The position numbers and the translations under genes were made by a program. From assembly GCF_008831285.2 (NCBI RefSeq), contig NC_045138.2:15748001-15812000 (forward strand): a stretch of DNA of 64,000 nucleotides. Reading direction: 5' to 3'. The notes under the pieces were generated by a model. That model did not search any database and was not told where the DNA came from. It worked only from the letters and a program-made list of their open reading frames with translations. Of the stretch, positions 13,121 through 28,374 are shown piece after piece. Every line of letters begins with the position of its first letter. The stretch's first letter is position 1. This stretch comes from Nymphaea colorata (Eukaryota).

Positions 13121-16100
13121 TCATCTCAGATGCAAGAATAAGGAGATCTGCAACAGCACAATGAGGCTCATCGAAGCTGCTTTACGCGCTTGGCTGCCAA
13201 CTTCAAATGGTGTCCGGCCATCCTTCTTACAGATTGCAGTCCAGCGAGTCATCTGCGGCAAGAATGACAGCAACATGAACAAATCCAATTGATTGGGTTT
13301 GATTCAAGGAAAAATGCCGTGAAGATTATACGAGATTGTTCTGGTAGGCAGTAGGCTTAGAACCTTGCAGTGAGCTGCATCCCAGCAACGGCACAGATGT
13401 TGTCTGTTTGCCTGGTCTACGGCTTCTGGAGCTCCTCCTCCATCGCTTCTCTATCAAATAAAGTGTCAGAATAAATTAGTACTCCTTTGATTGATTCATG
13501 GATGTGATCTGTAGACGCTTCATAGAGCGCAGCCTCCCAAACCTTTTTGTGTATACAAAAATTTGACGTTTGCTTCCATTTTCCTTTCCTTTTTCGAGTT
13601 CCCAACGTAAGAGAAAACATTTGATAAGCAAGGGATCTAGATATAAACGTAATAATGAGAAACTTTATTCTGTTTATTAATACAAAGGAAATGATGGTGG
13701 TGGTAGCTATTATTTGAGAGGGAGAGAGAGAGAGAGAACCTTGTAGAAATCAACGGCAATGAAGTTGGGGACGCGACTGGAGGCAGCTTCATAGCAAGTG
13801 CGCATCATCTGCATCAACTCGGCAGAATTGTGCTGGCAGGAGCCGGTGTAATCGGCGAGGCTTGGAAAGTGATTCATCAATATAAGTGAAAGACTAACCA
13901 TCATTGGGTATGACTCTTGCCGGTTGTGACAAACACCCTTCCTCATCCCTTCATCACCATCTGCGTTTGAACCATAATAGATTGATTCACTTACTCTTCA
14001 GACTTACTCAGTCTGCATATTTCAAAAACTATAATCACAAAAAAGAAAGATCAATCTTCATCCTCTTGGGGCGCCTTGTTCATTAAGGAACAGAATCTAT
14101 GAGTGGGCATGACAAGATCTTTGTGAAAGAGCAGAAAGATGACACTCACACTGATTCTCGACCACGTATGTCCATTGATAAGCAATGCCTTCAGAATCCT
14201 CCTTGTTCATCTTGGAAGTGAACACCACCAGCCTTTGGTTCCTCTTTATCATATTAGAGACTGTCGGCCAATCGCCGACTCCATATTTCGGCATTCTCGT
14301 CACCGGGAACCAGAACTCGTTTAAACCAGCCTCAAAGAAGAGTCTGCTGAGTCCTTGTGGTACCTTCACATAGTCTTCAATGAATAGGGTAATGATCTCC
14401 TCAGGGTTCGACCTCATGAAATCTCTTATCTCTATCAGCACATCAATAGCTCTTTGCTGCAGCAAGTTAAATTCATAAAATTCATAAAACAAACCATGGT
14501 AACTTGAGCTAGTGCAGAGATCAACTTGAAGATGCACAATAATAGAGAAACTAAATAGTATGCCTGCAGATTCTTGGCCTCAATGAGCTTTTGGTAGCTA
14601 TTTTTTTCATGTAAAACTATGAGAGTAAATGGGTTCTTTCCAGAGTAAGTGGGTTCCGTCTCATAGCCTTGTCCCTAAATCAGGCCTTTGAACAGTACGA
14701 CGAAAGTGGTGGATATTAGCAGCAGGGACAAGACAATGAAAGGATGATGAGAAACTTACATATGCAGTGAAATTGTGGCAGTGGCCACCATATGAATGGC
14801 ACAGCCAGATGTCATCTTCAAAGTCATACATGTCCAACATCAGTCCTCTCACACCATTCTGCTACGAAAAACCAAGATCAGCAGAAGGAGATAGATTTTC
14901 ATTACTGTCGAATTGACCACTCGAGTGCATTTCCCCAACTATAAACAACAGCCAAATGTTTTCTGCATGGGAGAACTTGTTCACAGAACCTAGATGCTAG
15001 AAGGATAGTGATAAAAGCTGGTTTTATAGGGACAATATCTTTACGCCGGATTAGTTCTCTAGGCTGAGGCTACCCTGGATAACTTCTCCAGGTCGTCTAA
15101 CTCTCATTGAGAAGGCAAATGGTGCGGCAAACATGCACTTGTTGGATGCACAGGATTAAATTAGCTAAAATTCACCTGGAGAGCTTACTTGGAGTTGGCC
15201 TAGAATTGAGTCTTGTTGGTTCGATGGTGAAAGCCTTGGAACGCCCCCCACGTCCTTCATCCCTTGAACGGCATACGAGTTATGCGTGGTGAGCCATGTG
15301 TATCTGTTGAAGGGGAGAGATTTCACCTGTAATACGAACAAAAGCGATGTTTTTGTTTATTTTTCTTTTTTATTTCGAGATGTTAATTGGCTAAAGCAAA
15401 TATAAAGAGAGTTTCGGATGGGTTGTGGTACATGAGACAGAGGATTGGTGGGACGGATCCGTGTGCATCTGGGAGCAAGAATTCCTCTTGCAGGACACTG
15501 CTGGCACTGAAACCCAGATCCGCAGTTTCCCTCTTCCAAGCATGATGAGCTTCTTGCCTGAAAAGAAAAAGGAAATATGCTGAAGTAAGATCCACACATG
15601 TATGAATGTTTTTGAGCTGGTTGGGAGAGAGAGATTCGGGTTCCTGTTCTTAACAAATCTATTTATGTCAATGCATTGTCAATGTCCAAAACTTTATGAA
15701 TATAAACATTATTTTTTAGTTTATAAGTTGGATACTACAAAGTTTTATTTTTTAATCCTGAATACACCAATTTAGATAGTTGGTATAGTACTCCCAATCT
15801 TTCTCCATGTCCAATGCTCAACAGAACCAGAAAATAGAGTTATTTGGGTGTACCCAACAAAAATTTATGAAGATTTAACCTCCCCATGTATGTGTATGTG
15901 TATGTACAGAGAGAGGGAGAGGGAGAGAGAGAGACTGGCTCCTTAGATAGTAGACCTATAAGAAATCATCTTGATGGTTGATTTTTCCAAGATAGATAAT
16001 CAAAAGAAAGACAATGAGAAAAAGAGATCTGTTTGGGATCCAACCAGAATTGGCCTCTGTATCTCAGCTCAAATTTGGACCCTCTTAACCAGGACTGGTC

Positions 16101-17224
16101 CAACCCATCGAGAAGCATGACGGGGACATGTAAAGAAAAGTAACTAAACAAATTAAATTTAACAACTGAATCGCTCCTTAGTTGATGAAGGACTAGTTTA
16201 CACCATCCGACGGCTACGTGCATTAAAGAAAATATGTTTCTAAATAATAAGTTTTAAAGATAATATACTTATATCTTTTTGCCATATGATCATAAGAAGT
16301 GTGCACATTTGGGTAGGGCGATTGGCTTAAGGTCTCCGTATCTACACCCAACTCGTCAAAAGCAAATAATCGAATTCTATACATTTGGAAAACTATAAGA
16401 TGCCGAAAAATTCGGATTAATTTGGTAACTGCGACCTCTAGGGTATGATAATTGCCCGTTCTAATCCACACAAAAAGGAGAAAAGAAAAAAACTTTATTT
16501 CCCTTTCCAATTGCATTAATTCTGATCTTAGCTGCCGTCTCTTAAACAATCATCAAGTAGTTTAATTGACTAAGATTTTGCTGCACATATGAACATCCAT
16601 TGCCGCTATTAAAGAGCAAGATTGTGCTACGAATTGGTTATAAGGAGATCTAACCGGGTATGATAAGGTGAATTAACTGTTCAAGTTGAAGAAGGTCTAG
16701 ATTTTTGCTGCATGAGTTGCAGATCCTAGCCATGAAGAACCTGCTCGTACCGGCGCCGGCAGATAACAGAGGGCGCCCATGGTATTTGACTCGAAGTGCT
16801 GTTCTCACAGCCAAAGCCCAACCTATTTGCACCAACTTTCTGTCATGAGGACCGACTCCTCAACGACGTAGTTAACAAAATTTTTTCCAGAGAAGAAAAA
16901 GCATCAGCAAAGTGCAAAGCAAAAAAGCATTGAAGACATAGATAATACAATCATACAAGTCCATGTTATCACATTCAGATCAACGTGAGATAATGCTTAT
17001 CCTGAGATTCTTATGAAGATTTTTCACAGAAAAGGTGAAACTTTCAAGCAGTGAAGCTGTGCTGGACGATTGACGAACTTCTAATGGAGTGAAATCGAGT
17101 AGAGTTCATTAATTACCTGACAGCTGCCATTGAAGCAGAGACATTCTACACCCACAACGAAGCAGCAAATCATGCACAACGCTGATAACGCCTTCTGTAG
17201 TTCCCTCTGAACCAGAAACACCAT
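13121..17224 (-). CDS. PI-PLC X domain-containing protein (At5g67130-like PLC-like phosphodiesterase), secreted and possibly GPI-anchored; exons 17224-17117, 15557-15432, 15326-15189, 14858-14760, 14456-14150, 13960-13740, 13450-13364, 13252-13121
   Basis: Spliced translation shows the family motifs LPFNRYTWLTTHNSYA, NQQDSILGQLQNGVRGLMLDMYDFEDDIWLCHS, IITLFIEDYV, RLVVFTS, EGIAYQWTYVVENQYG and [22 protein letters not shown]. The N- and C-termini are hydrophobic. First and last exons are less certain than the core. Confidence 0.9.
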
Positions 17225-20200
17225 GAGAAAAACTTGAAAAAAGAGAGGGGGGAGGGGCAGAGAGAAAGAAAGGAAAGAGATATTACCGCCATTATCATTT
17301 AACAGATGCTTGGGACTGTTAACATCATGATGTTTTCATCATCGTTCGTGCATGCGCTATGAACATCCGAAACAGAGAAAGAGAAGAAAATTTGGAGTAC
17401 TTCAACTTGAGTGCCAACTAATTAATTACATCGAATTCTATTAGAGGAGCTCACCGTGATGATTTATGTGGTTTCTGATACGTGATCAAATGTAGACTTA
17501 AAAAAAAAAAGAAGGAAGAACCTTTTGTTTTGGTAAAAGGTAAGATTTTTGGCAAAGATACAAAAGACCACCTATTTAAATCAACAAAAAATAGGACTCT
17601 GTTTGTTCAACCCAAGTCAAACTCGAAACTAGGTTGACCTACAAGGCAAGCTTTTATTGGAAAGAATGTAGCTTATATCAAGAATTTCAGAAATATGAAA
17701 CATCTATTGTATATACCAAAATAGAAACCCAGATCTCAAGCTAACCAGTAACCATCAATTATATCTTTAAGTTAATCGTACTGTGACGTTAAAGTATCCT
17801 TATTTAGTTTAATTTAAGTCAAAGGTGAAACCTCCTTGCCAAAAATCCATTTTTAATAATTTTATCCCTGTTGTTTTTACAAATTTTGCGGATAAGATCA
17901 CATCTTATTTAAAAATTCGGAAAATCATTGTCCTTGACAAGTTGGTTGCATATGATCATGAGTAATTTTTTGCCATTTTTTCTATATCATACCCAGATCT
18001 GATATAATGATCAATAGTCATATCTGATCCTTATCCAGATCATTGGCAAGTAATACGGGCATGAAAGGGACATGAGAAGAAGCTCCTTTCTTGTTTAACC
18101 CATATGGAATTTGTTTCTTCTCTTTGAACCTGCTTCTCGTTTCGTATGCCAATGCAGTATTTTCAAATTACTCAACTTTTTACTTTCACTTTATTTATTG
18201 CTTCGTGAATCATTTCTTTGAGTAGTATATATGGGGCTTATGTTAAAAAAACTCTTGTGTTTCTACATTTGGTGTCAACGTAAATTTCTCATTGAGTGTC
18301 ACATGCAGTCAGTTTTACGCCAAAACCAAATCAACTTTTTAATTTTAGATACTTCTGAACTTTTGTTTAAGTTAACACTAATTTCATCATATCATCCTGA
18401 TAATGACCATTCCATGAATTTGATCATAAAGATAAAGCAATCGGAAACTGACAGGGTTACAAATAGATGAGAACAGGAAGGTAAGCAACCAGGCATTTTA
18501 GAGCCATGATAAATTTGTACCAAATCAAACTTTTCATGTAGTTTGCTGTTGAATCCAAGCAGGGCACAACTAAGGGTGGGCATGGGCCGGGGTATCCGAT
18601 GAGCACTTGGTTCTGGCTCGTAATGGGCCTGGCTTGAGCAGAATATTCAACCTGTGGATCTGCCGGCAAAAAAAACTGGCCCCTAAAATCCTCTTGGAGG
18701 TCGGCTATAATCCTGAGTGGTACCAAGAAGAAACGAGCATGGTTGCCGAGTCTATTAACCATGCGGGCGCCATTAAAGAAGACATTATGTTGCGGCTGTC
18801 AATAAACGTATTCTTCCCCAACAACGGAGAAGATAGTTTCACTCGCATTGTCTTGCAGTCTAGAAATGAGAAGGTTTGAAAATTTCGGACACAAGCGCAT
18901 TGTTGGTAGTTATATGCAGAGTCTCGTTTTCAGGAAAAATCTGATGGTATTGGTAGCCCTGTATTTGTGAAGTTTGCTTGATTCGTGCTCTGCTATTTGG
19001 TGCATAGCTTCTTGTTCCTGCCAGTCTTCGCACTAGCCATAACATTATTCTTTCTAACTGGATTATCCATCAACTTTACCTAGTTTTTCACTAATAAAAG
19101 GACAACAGAGGGAGTTGGAAAACCATATTGGTCATGCTTGTTTGTCATTTATTCAATTTTTCGTAACTGTTCAATGGGCAAGATTTTGCAATTTACTGAA
19201 AATTTTGTGTTTATTCTCCATCATATTAGAAACATAGAATGTCAGGCTCTGATAGAACTTCAGGGCTTCTTTTCCTTCTCTCTTTGTGCAAACTGGGGTT
19301 TGCTTTAAATTTTGAAACAGCGTCCGTCCTTCTGTTCATCATAGTTTCATTGTCTAAGATGGGGAGAAAGTTTCTACAGGGAAGTTCAAATCTGATGGCC
19401 TTATAACTTCCCAAATTTTTGCGATTTCACCATCTGAAAAATATTGGAGAATTATTTTTATCATGATATGCTTAATACATCCTTGAAGTTTGGCGTGCAT
19501 CTTTCTAGCAATCTTAGTAATCAACAGCGCTAGCCCGGTCTAGGCTGTATAGACCTTAACAAAAAGCTTACGTTGGCCAAAATCAGCATATGAAAGACAA
19601 AAAATGGAAAAGAAAAAGAATGAAGAGAGAGAGAGCAGAAAAGGGAAAAGAATAAAAAAGGAAAGAACAGAGCAAAAAGGATGAAAAAAGATAAAATACA
19701 AGAACAAGAAAGAAAGAGCAAAATGCATGGCAAACAAAAGGGATGAAGGTTACTGCAAGTGTTCTTCTTTGCATTCATGAAATACACCGTAGTTACTCTT
19801 AAAAAGAGGTTCAAAGGCATTTTGGTGCTTCTTATCCCCGTTGTGCATCAACCACCAAGTGAGGGGAAGATTATACTGCTTGATCTTCTTAGCGATTGAC
19901 GATCAGAAGACTGCTTTCCTGCACTGACTACGAAGTTGGCTTCCTTGGAGAGGAACCTTTCTCATAAGCAAGAGGTCAGCCATGTGGACAACTGTGTTGC
20001 TTGCCCTGCTCCAACAAACCTATAATTGCGATAAGCTTGGCGTACTCATGCCCGTGGGCAGATCCAACAATAATAAAAGATGGAAAGTCTATAAACCCAC
20101 AAAAAATTGTCTTCATCTTGTTGACACCAGCATTGCTCGCCACAGTGCTATCAATTTTATTCTACAGTCTCCATGAGCCAAGCACAAGTATAACCAGACA

Positions 20201-23146
20201 TATCATTGAACGATTTCAAACATAGTGTTCTTGTTTCAGAAAATACACGTTTCCTAAGCTTATTCAATCTATCAATTGTTCTTAAACATATTTTGATACC
20301 CAGTTATAACTGAGTCTTCCTTGGACTAATAGTCAGCTTCAATTAATATCTAAAAAGAGCTACAATCTACAAAGTATTATACACATACCTAAAGCTTTCT
20401 AAGAATATCTGATATTTTCAAGTTTTATCAACCATGACAGTTTACATATGCAATCCAAAGTTCAGTTGTTGGGGCCTTAGAGTTGAAGATGCTGCTCAAT
20501 AGCCGTGTGCAAAGACTTGGCAGAAATAGATGTAGCTGCTGGTAGTAGCTAATTTTTTTGTGCCAAGTGAGTTCTTGAAGAAGCCAACACGAATATGTGA
20601 AAAGGAAAAAAATTCCTCCTATATACAAGACAGTTTTTTGGACGAAAATGTTGCTGCATCCCGCATTAAGATTTGAAAAGAACCATGCGGTGCACTACAA
20701 TGGGTCATACTTTTCACTTGAGCCCACTGACAATCATTAGTCACATCATAATCTTGCACCACTTACAGAGCTATAGAGTAGGGATGCCATAGGCAGGGTT
20801 TGGTAAAGAAAATAAGATCCGACTACTAGTTGTGTAGTCGTCTGAAGTTTAAAATTTGACATCTAAGTGTGGTTTAGGGCGGGGGCTGGCCGACAATTAA
20901 TCTTCGTTTTGAACTTCCATCCATAACGTATATGTGCAGTAAAATAAAGAACTAATATGTAAGTTGACGCATAGAAAGCATCACTTTAAGGCACTAAAAA
21001 TAAGACACGAAAAAGAGGCTAGATCCTAAGAGGATGGGGTTAGACATTCACTCCAACAGTGGGATTAACCTCTCGCTCGCTCACCCGACATCTACGTGTG
21101 ATTAATCAGACCATAGTTTAAGTTAAAAAATTGAATCTACACCTGAACCAGATGAATTAGGTTGAACACCTGGTGAAGCGGCTGACAGAGTGATGCTACC
21201 ACAATCGTGAATATGGATTTTCAACCACATCATATATCAGATACCTGCCTCTTTGTAGACAACTCATTCAAACAAGCTACTGATCTAGTCCGACATGTGG
21301 CAAGACAACAGAAAAAGGAGGCTTCTAAAAGAATGTATGCATATTAGGAGAAAATCTGATCCACACATTACAACAATGGAGAAAGTTCAGAAAGGAAAGC
21401 GGAAGAGAAAAGAGAAGAAAGAGGATTGTGGGGTTCACAGCAACCCTCATTACCGCATAGTGGGTCATTGCATGCATGTTTACGTAGCATGAGCGTCATC
21501 AAAGTAGAAATTCATCTGGATCCACAAGAAAAGCCATTATGGTGCTAATGCCGTCCATCTCAATGATAGAAGGCCCAGAATACTTTCAGTTTTAGCCACC
21601 CCTCTTCTGTGCAACCGTCCATCTCTAGTCCCCATGCCATCATAAATATTTGAAAAAGTTCCATTTAAGAGCATACGTTTTGGTTAATTTTTCTGATACG
21701 GCTCAAACTTTTGATGAAATTGAAGGATTTGTCATTCCTGGTTTCGGTATTTTATTACTTTTCTAAAAGATGCAACGTTGTTCTGGCTCGTATTGCTTAC
21801 TTTAGATAATTTTTCATATGAACAAAAGTGAAAAAGGATTGTTAATAGATTCATGCAACAGTTAATGGACTATCATCATTCACAGTGGCTGAGATTTTGA
21901 AGGGGGCTGTTTCAATACACTTCTCGTTCCATTTTAGCAGCGATATGATGATGATGCGTAATAATAACGTTGCTAACAACTACTAAAGAAGGGGATGAGG
22001 TTAGATCTATCATTTTGGAATATTATGAAACTTTGTAAATATTATGAAACTTTGTACTTTTTCCTTCAAATAAAACCATGTTTTACTGCTTCTCTCAAAT
22101 AAAAGGTCTCACCATGACTTAGCTGACTCTTAACTAAGACATGGAATACTGCTAGCAGTTAGCATTTATCCGGGAATTGTTAAGAAAGTTGAGGCTTTTA
22201 TGAAAATAAAAAGAAACTCCAAATAAATAATTTCCGAAGAAGTTCAAATACAAATTCTAATAATTGAGAAAGAAAAAAGATAAGGTGATAAGATCTATCA
22301 TGCCCCAACTGTAGATTTTCTAATCTTCAAAAAGTAGAAGAAAAGGAATAAAAATAGAGATGACCCACTCAAGTGGGCAAGGTTTAACATCCAATAGAAG
22401 CACGACCGGCCACCCCCCACTCAAATCTACATCTCCAGCATGCGTGTTGACAAACACTAGTCTTTCCACTTAACTTAGACGCCGACCACGCCATAAAGGC
22501 TCATGAAAGAAGAGAAAAAAGAAAATGCAACTCATACATTGGGACCAATCAATCTAGTGGCACAAAATTACCCCTACATGAGAAATAACTTTCCAAAGAA
22601 GAATCCCCTTCTACCACATTTATAATGTAAACAGAATACCTTTCTAAGCACCTCCCTGGTCAGCTTAAAATTTAGATGATTCAAGATGGTTGGTAAAGTG
22701 AACTGTCAAATGACCAGCCACCCTGAAACTTTCATGAGTTGCTTCTGCTGGCATACCGTCAGAGGTACACCTGAGGAGCTCTGTTGTTCTCAAAATCTGA
22801 GTTTCCTTCTGAATTTAATAAAAATGAAAGTTGAACCATTTGGCAAAGGTTCACGTTTTCTTTGGACCAAATCTTCGAGGGAAGCACTAGAAAAAGGTGG
22901 TTGACTGTTGCCAACGTTGATTGGATAGGTGCGTGTTTCGTCATTATCTGCAAAAGAGAAAGCACCTTTGCACTAAAAGGAAAGGCTTGTTTGTAAATTG
23001 CCAAGGAACAAGGGGCACATAATCAGATCGGACTGTTATAAATAGTGACTTACATTGCTGCCTGCACCAACGCAGCCTGATATAATTGTCTGAGCAAGCG
23101 CTGCCATTTTTATTGCAGATCGAAGGAAGATTGGAAGGTTTTCACC

Positions 23147-23623
23147 ATGGGCAATTGCCTTACTATCGAAGCAAAGGTAATCAAATTCAAGAATAAAGAT
23201 GGTGAAATGCTTGAACATGATGCACCACAAGAGGTGCAACATCTGCTAGCTGATTTCCCTGTCCATGCAAGTTCTGAGTCGTATGCAGCTTCTAGCGCCC
23301 TTCTACCAGATCAGGTTTCGCATCTCCCATCCTCTTCAACCGCGCAAGAAACAGAGGAAAGGAATACACCTACAACATCAAATGGAGATGATCATGCTGC
23401 TGGTGCTGGAGAAAGCAAGTGTAGCAGTGGAGGGATAATAAGAATCAAGCTTCTCGTCACCAAGCAACAACTGGAAGACATACTAACCAAAGGAGTCTCC
23501 CTCGACAACATGATCACAAACCTCACAAGAGGGGCATATAACATAGATTCTCCGAATTCTCGGTGGAAACCTACACTGAGAAGTATACCAGAAGGATGTG
23601 ATGAGAAGCAAGAACTACTATGA
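23147..23623 (+). CDS. DUF4228 (PADRE) family protein, single exon
   Basis: 158-aa ORF with an MGNC start (myristoylation/palmitoylation-type), a central GIIRIKLLVTKQQLEDIL block and a C-terminal WKPTLRSIPE, all characteristic of DUF4228. Confidence 0.85.
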   Translation: MGNCLTIEAKVIKFKNKDGEMLEHDAPQEVQHLLADFPVHASSESYAASSALLPDQVSHLPSSSTAQETEERNTPTTSNGDDHAAGAGESKCSSGGIIRIKLLVTKQQLEDILTKGVSLDNMITNLTRGAYNIDSPNSRWKPTLRSIPEGCDEKQELL

Positions 23624-23990
23624 AGTTTAGAAACAAAGGAAATTAAGGTTATCTTGATCAGTAGGATATGTACATATTTTGCCTTTCTGAGAACACAAAA
23701 ATGTAATGCTCATAGAGCAGAAAAATTCGAGCATCTTATATATTACACACTAGAATAACCCAAGCCTACACTAGCGGTGAACAAGAAACGAAGCCGATAA
23801 TTCTTTTATGAGAAACAGAGACTATACAAACTTTTTCCACCTTCATACAAAAAAAGAAAAGATTCAAAGTCATACATGGCCCATATTAACTACCGCTGCA
23901 TGTGGAATTCAACTCGTCTTTAAGCATGAGAACATTGCCTTCCTTTGCTGACATGGATTGTGATGCTGGAACTGCAGCTGCCCACATGTT

Positions 23991-26900
23991 CTACACATTC
24001 TTGGGTTCAACCTCCAGAGCTATTTCATTTCGGCGCATGAATGGTAGCGTAAATGGGGGATTGAACTGAAATCAAGTAGTGAAAAATTTCATTTTTCTGT
24101 TTTCATATTTATATAAAATCTATAAGACTAGATCGCTTCAGTAATTCAGGTTCTTACCTGTGCAATTTCAACCGCTGAATTGTCCTTAAATTGGAAATCT
24201 TTGTCATTTTTAACAGCAGTACGTAATTGTCTCTCCCTTCGTTTAACTTCTTCGTCCGTAACAAAGCCTACGAAAAAGGAAAATCAAAGAACACCACAAA
24301 GATCAATTGATCAAAAACAGCCGCAACAAACAGCTATAAAAAGGGACAACTATTGGATAAAATACACAAAAACCACAATGGAACAGAATATCAATGGTGA
24401 AACTTGAACACTTATACATAATAAAGAGCTCAAGGAATAAGAGAGTGAACGCAGTACAAAATGTTCAAGTTGCTAATCCCATATTTTCATTTAAAATTGA
24501 ATGCAAAAGATGAAAGAGACAAACCTGAAAAAGCAGACACAGCAACAAACTTTCTTGGCACTTCTTTTATTTGTACAGATGAATCTTTTGGGAATGGAAG
24601 CCTGCCTCCATATTTGGAGGGCATGACGAACGACATCTTCCATCCATCCTGACCCGTCAACTGGAAGTGAAAAAGAACTGGATTAGAATATATTGGGGGC
24701 AACTGAAAACCGCCTATCTAGTTTTTGCTGGACAAAAAGACCTCTGATATTGTCACCTTAGCAGAGTTCAAACATTAATTACATCCGGGAATGGAAAAAA
24801 TCTTCCATGCACCAGAAGGACATGTGTTAATAACAACTTTCTAGAAGGAAAATTCATTACAAATGAGAACAACTATTCACAGAAGTATCACAGAAAGTCC
24901 TCCCTCTCCCCCTCTTTCTCTCTCTCCCCAACCATGAGTAGAATCTTTTCCATTTCTTGTTATTAAAAATTTTGACAAATGATAGATGTTATTTAAAATG
25001 AAAAACATGGAATTGTAACAGACTTGCGATCCCTAATCTCCCTTTCCTGTGACAACTTCGGTCCCCAGGGATCTACCGGAGCTTGGCCACTTCATCAATT
25101 ATTCAGCCTATGACATGCAATCCATTCAGTAAACCTAGAAATTCCTTTCTGATTCAACCGATTTGCATCAGATCTAAACCATTTATTTTATAATTTTAGT
25201 GTCACTAAAAGCCTTTATGATAATTGATAACTAAAGCCCAAGTTCCTGGCATAAGAAATACCTCCTTTGTAATCACAGGTGTTGTCATGTCCATCTTTTC
25301 TCCATCTGATTGAGTACCCCTCTGAACATAAACCGGTGTTGTCATCTCCATCTTCTCAGACACAGTATTCTGATAATGACGAGCGGTTAATCATGTAACG
25401 ATGGAACGATGGTGGCACTTCATATTAAGCATGAAAGATATCTCGCAAGCTCATGTAGTCATGTACCTTACCAAACAGATATGCAGCCAGCACATTAAAA
25501 GCTTGAGACGAGGCAGTGAAGTCAAATCCTTTATTCCCAGTCATTGTTGTTTCCGCTACATAGTACGCCTAAGTTACAGTCACAATTTCTGTTGGTAACT
25601 TACTTTTGACATATATAAAGAGGCAGAGCAAAGTAACATTGAAAAGGAAAGGATAAATTCTAAATACAATCTATAGGAATAAAGAACCCCCAAAACAATC
25701 ATACGTTCAAAAAGACCACTGAACCTTGTTATCCCAACTGAAATTTGGGTTAAAATAGGATTATCTTTGTTAAAGTTGGTGGATGATGCTTTTGTCATAC
25801 TCAACATCTAGCCTGTAAAGTATGCAACAACAACATGCTAGACTTAAACAGAAAACTTACCTGTCAGTGTTGGTAATAGTTGTTCTAAACAAATTACATG
25901 CCTAGACATAGACAATGCAATGATGCTCAAGAAGAGGATATCATGCTCTTCAATTCCAGGTGACTTGCTGGTGGAGTTGGGAAACTGAGTTCCAAATTTC
26001 CAAGCGTTTCCATTTTCCAAGGAAACACAGAGTCTATAAACAATTGTCAAATTGGCAATGCCAGTAAATATGTAGTCACGGGGATCCTAGGTCAGAAATA
26101 CAGATGACTCTTCCATGACAGAGGAGTGTTAATAATGCTTACAACTGTGAAAAGTGGTACAGGTCATGGTGTCACCCTATAAGTCCCATCATGAGAATCA
26201 ATAGTTTTTCGTATCTCTGTCTCTATATATCGCAGCACTTAAATCTATGAAGAGGAGGTTGATCTTCTTTACCGTCCACATATAACATCTTTTATGCTCA
26301 TGGGTTGCTTATCAGCGTTCATCCTCTTTCATCCAGTATTCATGTTTTTCTTTGGGTTAGAGGTACGAAGCTTCATTTTTTGTTTTTGGCATCCACATGT
26401 TCTGATACGGATAACTATCTTAATAAACGCAAGTCTGCTGGTCATGCACTCTGTCCACAGTGGAGTTACTAAGTTACTATTGCTTTATGGAGCTCCATCA
26501 AGCAGAATTATTTTACTTATTCAAATACCGCTAAATTATTTTACTTACTCAAATACCGCTTTCTGTAGAATCAATGGGGGTATTAGAAACCAGAAAGTTA
26601 GCTAGATACAGGTAAACGTACCTCAACCTCCCTGATCTCATACTGCTCTTTTCTGGACACGACCTTAAATGGCACGGTTTCAAGATCGGGAACTGCCAAA
26701 CAGGCGGCATGTTACACGATAGCACAACTTCACTCACACACAAAGACACACATAAGACACACATATGCATATACATATATAGATAGATAGATAGAAATAC
26801 CGGACATAAGCATCTCTTCAAGGTTTCGGGCGTCTGCCATCCTGCGAGGGAAAGCATATCTCCATGTTTCCACCGCCAGGTCCGCCAAACCTGTTCCACC

Positions 26901-27282
26901 GGAGAAACAATTATAATGATCATGGAGATCAGAGATTGGGGATAAGACATGATAAGAGTGAGAGAGAGAGAGAGACAGAAATTTTCTTCTGCTTACGTCG
27001 TTGAGAGGCAGAGAAAGCCTGGGAAGCGAGGGCAGCAACGAGAGAAAGACGTGTTTCGATGGGAGAGGGCGGAGTTCTGCCATTCTCCCCCTTGCGAGCA
27101 CTAGCAGCATCATCGACAGCGGAAGACGTCGCCGCCGTCCGTACTACGGTCGCAGACGGGATGAATAAGGGCGCAGTCCCCCTTCTCCCTCCCCCCAGCT
27201 GACTGCTGCGCTCTCGATGCCATCGGTCGACAACAACGAGGGGGGAGGACGTCAAATCAAAGATTGCAGCTGCACCACCCAT
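23991..27282 (-). CDS. SOUL haem-binding-like protein, chloroplastic (At3g10130-like); exons 27282-26997, 26890-26801, 26692-26622, 25568-25467, 25369-25262, 24660-24525, 24267-24158, 24065-23991
   Basis: Spliced translation includes [36 protein letters not shown], two EKM(E/D)MTTPV motifs, [27 protein letters not shown] and [20 protein letters not shown]. The start codon choice is inferred. Confidence 0.93.
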
Positions 27283-28374
27283 CGTAATCGGATTCCCAAA
27301 CTCCTTTCCTTCTTCTCTGCGCCTGTAACGAGCAACCTCTGTGCTCCAATGGCAGAATTGAGGGCAGCGAGGAGAGAGAGAGGGAAGATATTTGTGACAC
27401 TTGTAACATACTGAACACTGGTCAGCTGCACTTGCTACGCGTGGACGCGCTTGCTTCGTAATGAGTGTCACTCGAAGCTCTACACGTGGCTCTTTCACAA
27501 CAGTCCGACGTTTTTTTTCTAAATTTTGTTAAATGATTTAACCATGTCAATCAGCATGAAACGAAATTTTTAACGTTTCAAAATATAAAAATTTATTGGG
27601 TCATAAACGTTGCTCAGTTGGTTTTAAATTATATATATATGTATATATTAAACGGTGAATTTTAAAATTACCAACTGCCCAATTCATCTTAATAAAAAAA
27701 ATAATGAGAAAAAGATATTAGGTTTTTTTATATATATTAAAAGATCATGAAAATTTTTTATACACTTTAAAGATGGGACTCAACTGCAAATCCTCCTCTC
27801 GCTTCCAATTAAAAAAACAAAGCACACCTTTTTAATCTTCGGCTTAAGGTTTGAAATCTTACAAGCTGATCAAGACCAGCTAAAGTCATCTACTGAGTTT
27901 GAGCTAAATTCGAGTCAGGATTTCCAAAGTTGGAGCCAATCTCTAAATGTTATTCGTGTCGGTCATTATAAAATGTTCTTAGAAAATTTATCTACAAACT
28001 AAATTTTTCATGGTTTTTTAATTTTAGAGATTTGGAACTTTGGAGTTTTTATGTACTCCCGGGATGTGGAATTTGCTATGTGAACAGATTTGTTCTTCAC
28101 GTGTATCTTTAAATTTATCTCAACTCATGTGCACTTATGAGTGAATTTTCAACCTAAACTTTCACTTTAAATTGTGCTAATTAGACAATCTAGAGAACAT
28201 CAAATCTCACCTCTAACTTCGCTTTTGAATTAGTATGGAATTTAATTAACATATGCTTGGTCTTCAAAGAGACAAGCAGTTTTAGTTACTTAAGATTGAC
28301 CATAGACATGAACGAGTTAAGCTACACGAACAAATGAACTTCATTGAACATGTTTTATGATTTATTCAACTCCT

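Noticed and set aside
18571..20230. hAT-like terminus TAAGGGTGGGCATGGGCCGG and coding-like sequence near 19860-20200
   Set aside because: No matching second TIR or TSD, and no recognisable protein in any frame.
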